Assembly: GCF_041146345.1 (NCBI RefSeq)
Contig: NW_027191410.1
Coordinates: forward strand, 744,001-808,000
Direction: 5' to 3'
Length of the DNA stretch: 64,000 nucleotides
Source of the DNA: Neodothiora populina
Lineage: Eukaryota
Position numbers and translations under genes: made by a program. The notes beneath the pieces are model-generated. The model made no database searches, was not told the DNA's origin, and saw only the letters and a program-made list of their open reading frames with translations. Each line of letters starts with the position of its first letter. The first letter of the stretch is position 1. Positions 58,816-64,000 of this stretch are shown in pieces.

Positions 58816-60014
58816 TCATGAAACTGCCGACTTCTCCTTGAGGCCCGTCGACTCTTCCGTCACGTTATTGCGGCGACGGTCTGGATGGTGAACCGTCTTG
58901 TCTTGACGTGCCTGATCGATGGCACTCCGCTGTGTGATGCTATCGTCGTGGCTCTTCCACATCATGTTGGTGTCCTGAGGCAATGACAGTGCGCGCTTGA
59001 TGGTTTCCCTGCTCAACAATTAGTCACCGCACTCGAATAAGTTCATAGAAAGCTTTCGCTTACCGTATCTTCACGTTTCTGCCACCGTCATTCTTGGTCC
59101 AGATGCTGAAGACATCCTCGCCACTTCTGACGCTGACAACAGCACCACACACCTCCTCTCCGGCTTCGGCAAATTGGTCGCCGATCATCGCCATTAAAAG
59201 ATCCTCCCAATAGCGGTCCGCCACTCCCTTTTTCAGTCTCAGGATCCATTTCCCGCCCTTTTTGTTTTCTTCATCTTCCCACACGGGCCGTATGCCCTCC
59301 CTGAAGAAATGGTAGTCGGACACGGTGGGCAGTGCCGAAGGGCGCTTCAGATGCGAATAGACGGCCCAGAAGTCTTGTGCAGTTGACATTTTGCACATGG
59401 CTCGAGTCGACTTTTCGTAGTCGGAGTTCTTGGATGTAGGCGGTCTGTACCAGATGACCCAGGTGTACTTCAGCGGCCACGAGGAGTCATTGCCCTTGGC
59501 CGCCGGTTCTGCAGATTGTGGGGTCGATGCGCGCAAATTGGCCATGGACTTCCGAGACAGCACCTTCTTGTCGTCCTTGTCCATCTCTTTCTTCTCGCTG
59601 GGTATTGAAGCTGTGGGGTTTGCCGCAGCCACTTTACTGAAGTCGAAGGCAGTGCCGGGTGTCTTTGGGGTTTTGGCAGCGGAGCCAAAGGAGGCGAATG
59701 CCCCGGAGCCCAGCCCAAAGGCGGAAGAGCCGCCGGTGGTCGGCGATGATATGCCACTTGTCGCGAGTGGTGTCACAGAGTTGAATGGATTATTTCGACC
59801 ATGCGATGAGGTACTTCCGAACCGCTTGGGATTGGAGAAGTCGCGCGATGAATGCCCCTCCCTGCCGTCGTGCTTGTCAGACTTGTCCATAGACAGCGAC
59901 AGCTTTCCAACACTGTGTGGAGCCGGTCAGTTCCGCAAAGAGGTTCGCTGCAAGTAACGGGCAATTCACTTACTTGGAACGGCGAGTCCACAGGTTGTCT
60001 CTGTCCTTGTCCAT
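58816..60014 (-). CDS. Class II eIF4E (4EHP-like) cap-binding protein
   Basis: ATG 60014 (MDKDRDNLWTRRS), two introns; PLKYTWVIWY, SDYEKS (Tyr at the Trp56-equivalent position), FREGIRPVWEDEENKKGGKW, VCGAVVSVR. Confidence 0.92.
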
Positions 60015-62075
60015 GGTTGCGAAAACTGGAGGCGGCGGACGAAGTTGACGGCAGGGCCAATGTCGTGAGAATCAAAGCTCTCGACTGGAGGAAGTCACGG
60101 TCCGTGTAAAGGTTGGTCAGGTGGCGATCAATATTCTTTCGACGGCAAGGTGTTGATGAATGTCGCGTTGGGTATGTGATGTGGCAGTACTAAGATTTGT
60201 GATGTCGTCAATTTCGTGATGTTCGGGTTATGTAGCTCTAGTGAATGTGGATCGGAAAGGCAGCGAGTCGTCAGTCCTGGAGGTTCTGGGTTTGGAAGAT
60301 GGATCTTGTCTGTAGTTGAAGGTGGGATTGTTAGTGGAAGTCAGGTACAGTAAGGTACTCGGAGGTGCATGCAATTTCCATGCGTGCATTATTCGAAGCT
60401 GCCTCTGCGTGCTGCAAACCAGAGCTGATGACGCCAAGGCAGAGTGCACAGGCCAGATTCTTGTTTTCCTATTATTTCATCGCAGACGAGGCCTCACTTT
60501 CTCCCTTTTCTTTCTTCTAAAACAAGACCACCAACTCAAATCATCGTCAGCTTATAGCATTTCCTGTGTTGCTGGCGACTCCGATGCGCTGGTCAAGACT
60601 AATCAACCACTTTTAAAACCGTCATTACGAGGGCCCCTTCGCGGTGGACACCCAGGACATGGTGACGACCTATAAGATGGAACAGAAAAAGATGTAACTT
60701 CATACCTTCAGTATAAATTCATGATAGAGCCTTCGCATCCATATGTTTCTCGCACACATTTCGCTATAACAACGCGCGCACTCTCTTGCCCGTCTCTCGA
60801 CCTTCTACGTCTCCTGAACAAACGAACATACATGTGCCTCAGTCATTACAGCCCATCGACAACAATAATTGTATGTCCACGCCCCGCACACGCCGAGTGA
60901 TATTCAATGATGAACCAACATCCTGTTGTTCTGGTAATCCGAGTTTAAGCTCAGCCGCATCGTCTGCTTTTTGCGCACACATGTGATAGCTGGTTGAGCA
61001 TGACGAACACATGGCACTTTCTGAGATCGACTGCTCTTTTTTCCCTCTATCAGCACCTCTTCACACATGGGCCTGGACTAATCCCCATCCTTCTAGACAG
61101 ACCCTGTGCGATGTTCATGCATGGCTGCTCCACCAGCTTATCACTTGAACTAGACTATTCAGAGAAAGCCGAATTTCCAGAAGTAGACTGCTCAACTTCT
61201 ATAATAGTCGTGACACGCCCTGATCAGAACTTGTGATGATTGAATCTCTTATACATCTGACCTACACTCTTCGTGACTGACTTGAATAAGTAAGAGACAC
61301 GCATACGGTTTTGATTGAAGACGAGCACAGAGGCAGCGTCTCATACAAGTGCACGATTGTCACTTGCCTAGGTCTCTGAGTTGAACCTGACAGATAACGA
61401 TGATTCCTCTAACGACTTCAGTCTTGTCTTCGCTAACAACCTTACCGAATAAATGAACATGTTATCATACGAAATTGTGCCATACCATATAACACATCTG
61501 TATAAATCATTCTGCGCGGAGTTGTGGAGGGCTCGGCGGGCACTGTCAAGCCGCAAACAGACCCTATCGATAACACTGATCTCCGAGGTCTCCAGTGAGG
61601 CTGATCGAATTTCTGTAACATGTCATTACAGCGAGACATGCAGCGCACTTCGTCGACGAGCAGATCAGAATGCACCGCAGAGTAGGCTATATTATTGAAA
61701 GTAATGTACACAATGTACAAAGATACCTTGCTGAAGATCACACGCAGAGCATAGACTGGATCGAATAAAGTAAGGTAAGGTTTGCGCCTCGGACGACTCA
61801 CCTTGATTGACGTAACGCGCCGGAAGGTACGAGTAAGGTATACCCTGAACCAAATTTACTACTGTATATCGCTTCCACACGTCTTTACGTGACTCTGTAA
61901 CAGCACCATTGTGGGTTCAATTGCATCAGTCGCAACCCTCATTCTTGACGACTATCCAGGCTCTTAAACTTTGTCGAACTCTTTGCTCTTTTTGTCTCTT
62001 GTAACATCTATTTCCATCTTGCATCTTACTTTGGGGAAATCTCTGCACTCATAATAATATACTTTGTGATCCAAA

Positions 62076-63282
62076 ATGTTTCCCCCGTCAGGAGGCTACA
62101 ACCTCGATGTGGAGGCCATTAGCGGAATATGTGGTTCTATCTCAATAGGTTTGTCCGCGTCCTGCGCTTCTGGATATTCTCGTGACAGTGCTGACTCGAG
62201 GACTCGAACAGCATGCTGGGTTGTGGTATTCTCTCCACAGATCATTGAAAATTTCCGTCGTAGCAGCGCCGAAGGACTCAGCGTCGAGTTCATCATAATA
62301 TGGCTCGCTGGAGATTTCGCGAACATCATTGGAGCTGTCATGCAGAAAGTTCTCCCTACCATGGTATGTTGGCTACTGAACGTATGCAAAGCCGAGAATA
62401 GCGCCTGACTTGCTACCAAAGATCATTCTTGCTATCTACTATACCCTTGCAGATATCGTGCTTTTGGCTCAATGTTTCTATTACAAGGGCGTTCACTTCC
62501 GGGATCCAAAGCCAGCCAGAGCATCGGAGGCTGAAGAAGCAGTCACAGACGAGCGATCTGCACTGTTGGGACGACCTAATGGACGCGGCGAGGACGACGA
62601 TAATTCCTCAGAGGCAATCGACGCTGATCTTTCGCGAGCTAGATCAAGCTCATCCTTCCGTGATCGTTTTGCCAGTGAGGGCGTTCATCTCTCACCCACG
62701 ACTCCCATGCACCCTGCACCAAAGCAGACGACGGTGGTCAAGCGTTCTCAGCCTAAGAAGCTGTACCAGAAGATTCTCTTCAACCTGACTGCTGTCATTG
62801 TCGTACTGGCTGCAGGTGTCGGCGGCTACTATCTCTCGCCAGCTCCATCGAATGCTGGTGATCAAAGCTCGGAGAAGCAGGCTGATACGCTTCAATTCAA
62901 CACCACCGGCCAGGTCTTCGGATACTTGTGCGCAGTGCTGTATCTCGGCAGCAGACTGCCACAATTGTTGTTGAACTACCGACGCAAAAGCACCGAGGGG
63001 CTCAACGCATTGTTCTTCCTGTTCGCCTGTATCGGAAACCTGACATATGTACTCAGCATATTCGCCTTCAACCCCGTGTGCCGCCACAAGCACTGCAGAG
63101 AGGGCGAAGCGGGCGCCATCTACGGACGATATATCCTTGTCAACTTGAGCTGGATTATTGGAAGTCTCGGAACGCTGTTCTTGGACTTTGGAGTGTTTGT
63201 GCAGTTTTTCATGTATAGACAGGATGAGGAAGAAGTGGAGATCGTGGTGGTCGAGGACGATGACAGGGGCAGATCGTCATGA
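62076..63282 (+). CDS. PQ-loop vacuolar cationic amino acid transporter (Ypq/PQLC2 family)
   Basis: GSISIACWVVVFSPQIIENFRR..EGLS, WLAGD, YLGSRLPQLLLNY.RKSTEGL; two introns. Confidence 0.92.
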
Positions 63283-63713
63283 GTGCTGAAAGTAGCGTAG
63301 CGGTCATGCAATGCGCATAGAATCGCTGCTGGGAGTGTTGTGTGCCATGTATGCTGTACCGATAGACGATTGAATATACCTTCAGATAATTAGTGCTGTA
63401 CATGATGAAGGGAAGAAGGTGACATCAACGACTCTATACTGCCGCGCTTCGGTTCACATTACACGAGCACAACAAATTTCTGAAAGGCAGTGAATATAAA
63501 ATAAAGGCTCAGCGTGTATGAAAGCATTCCACCTATAATTTGATTCTAGTATAGACTTTCCTTCATGCGATCGAAGCATAAGCCTAGCGTATCGCCGAGG
63601 CTAGCTCTTATCCGCGTGCATCAATGTCATTCCCAACCTCGTCAGTGTTATCCGCCCTTTCTTTCTAACATGCACCCAGCTAGCTCCACACACAAACACG
63701 ACACGAACGAGAA

Positions 63714-64000
63714 ATGTTAAGCTCAGGATCGGCGCGGCGTCAGAAGCAGCGCAAAGTGCTGCTGATGGGCAAGTCTGGCGCCGGGAAATCGTCCATGAGA
63801 TCGATTGTTTTCAGCAATTACGTCGCCAAAGACGTGCGTCGCCTCGGAGCCACGATTGATGTCGAGCACAGTAATATCAGGTTCATGGGAAATCTCATGC
63901 TTAATCTCTGGGATTGTGGAGGGTGAGTAGACGTGCTGCTGCCGGTGCTGGTGTTTTGATCCTTTTTTATTCCTTTTGTGATTACTATCACTTGGTCTTC
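63714..64000 (+). CDS. GTR1: Rag GTPase Gtr1/RagA (partial, continues past the window)
   Basis: [46 protein letters not shown], then a GTGAGT donor at ~63923. Confidence 0.96.

Noticed and set aside
61233..61290. Box C (GTGATGA) with two CTGA boxes resembling a C/D snoRNA
   Set aside because: Under 60 nt, no clear terminal stem, and no rRNA-complementary guide I could recognise; a snoscan or Infernal run would settle it.

Overview
Gene-dense nuclear DNA of a filamentous ascomycete (Pezizomycotina-type short GT-AG introns with CTRAY branch sites). About 27 protein-coding genes, mostly housekeeping: SSL2/XPB (partial), DUF4748, acetoacetyl-CoA synthetase, POM34-like, a degenerate AMP-binding protein, SPE2, two SDRs, a 4CL-like ligase, MRX11, CFD1, VMA1, AMACR-like, AIM25, UBC7, SnaD-like, RTT109, METTL25-like, PTH11-like, UGO1, YAH1, AIG2-like, ULP2-like, class II eIF4E, a YPQ-type PQ-loop transporter and GTR1 (partial). 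I saw no tRNA, rRNA or transposon. Three signals stand out. (1) An intact SDR gene whose N-terminal Rossmann fold has no AUG to start it and appears to initiate at an ACG in strong context. (2) A 288-nt mitochondrial nad5 fragment (NUMT) inside the last exon of a PTH11-like gene, bounded exactly by GT...AG, whose removal restores the host reading frame. (3) A SAM decarboxylase leader with an intron-dependent uORF followed by several hairpins. All gene models were spliced by eye and family calls are from motif recognition, not database searches.
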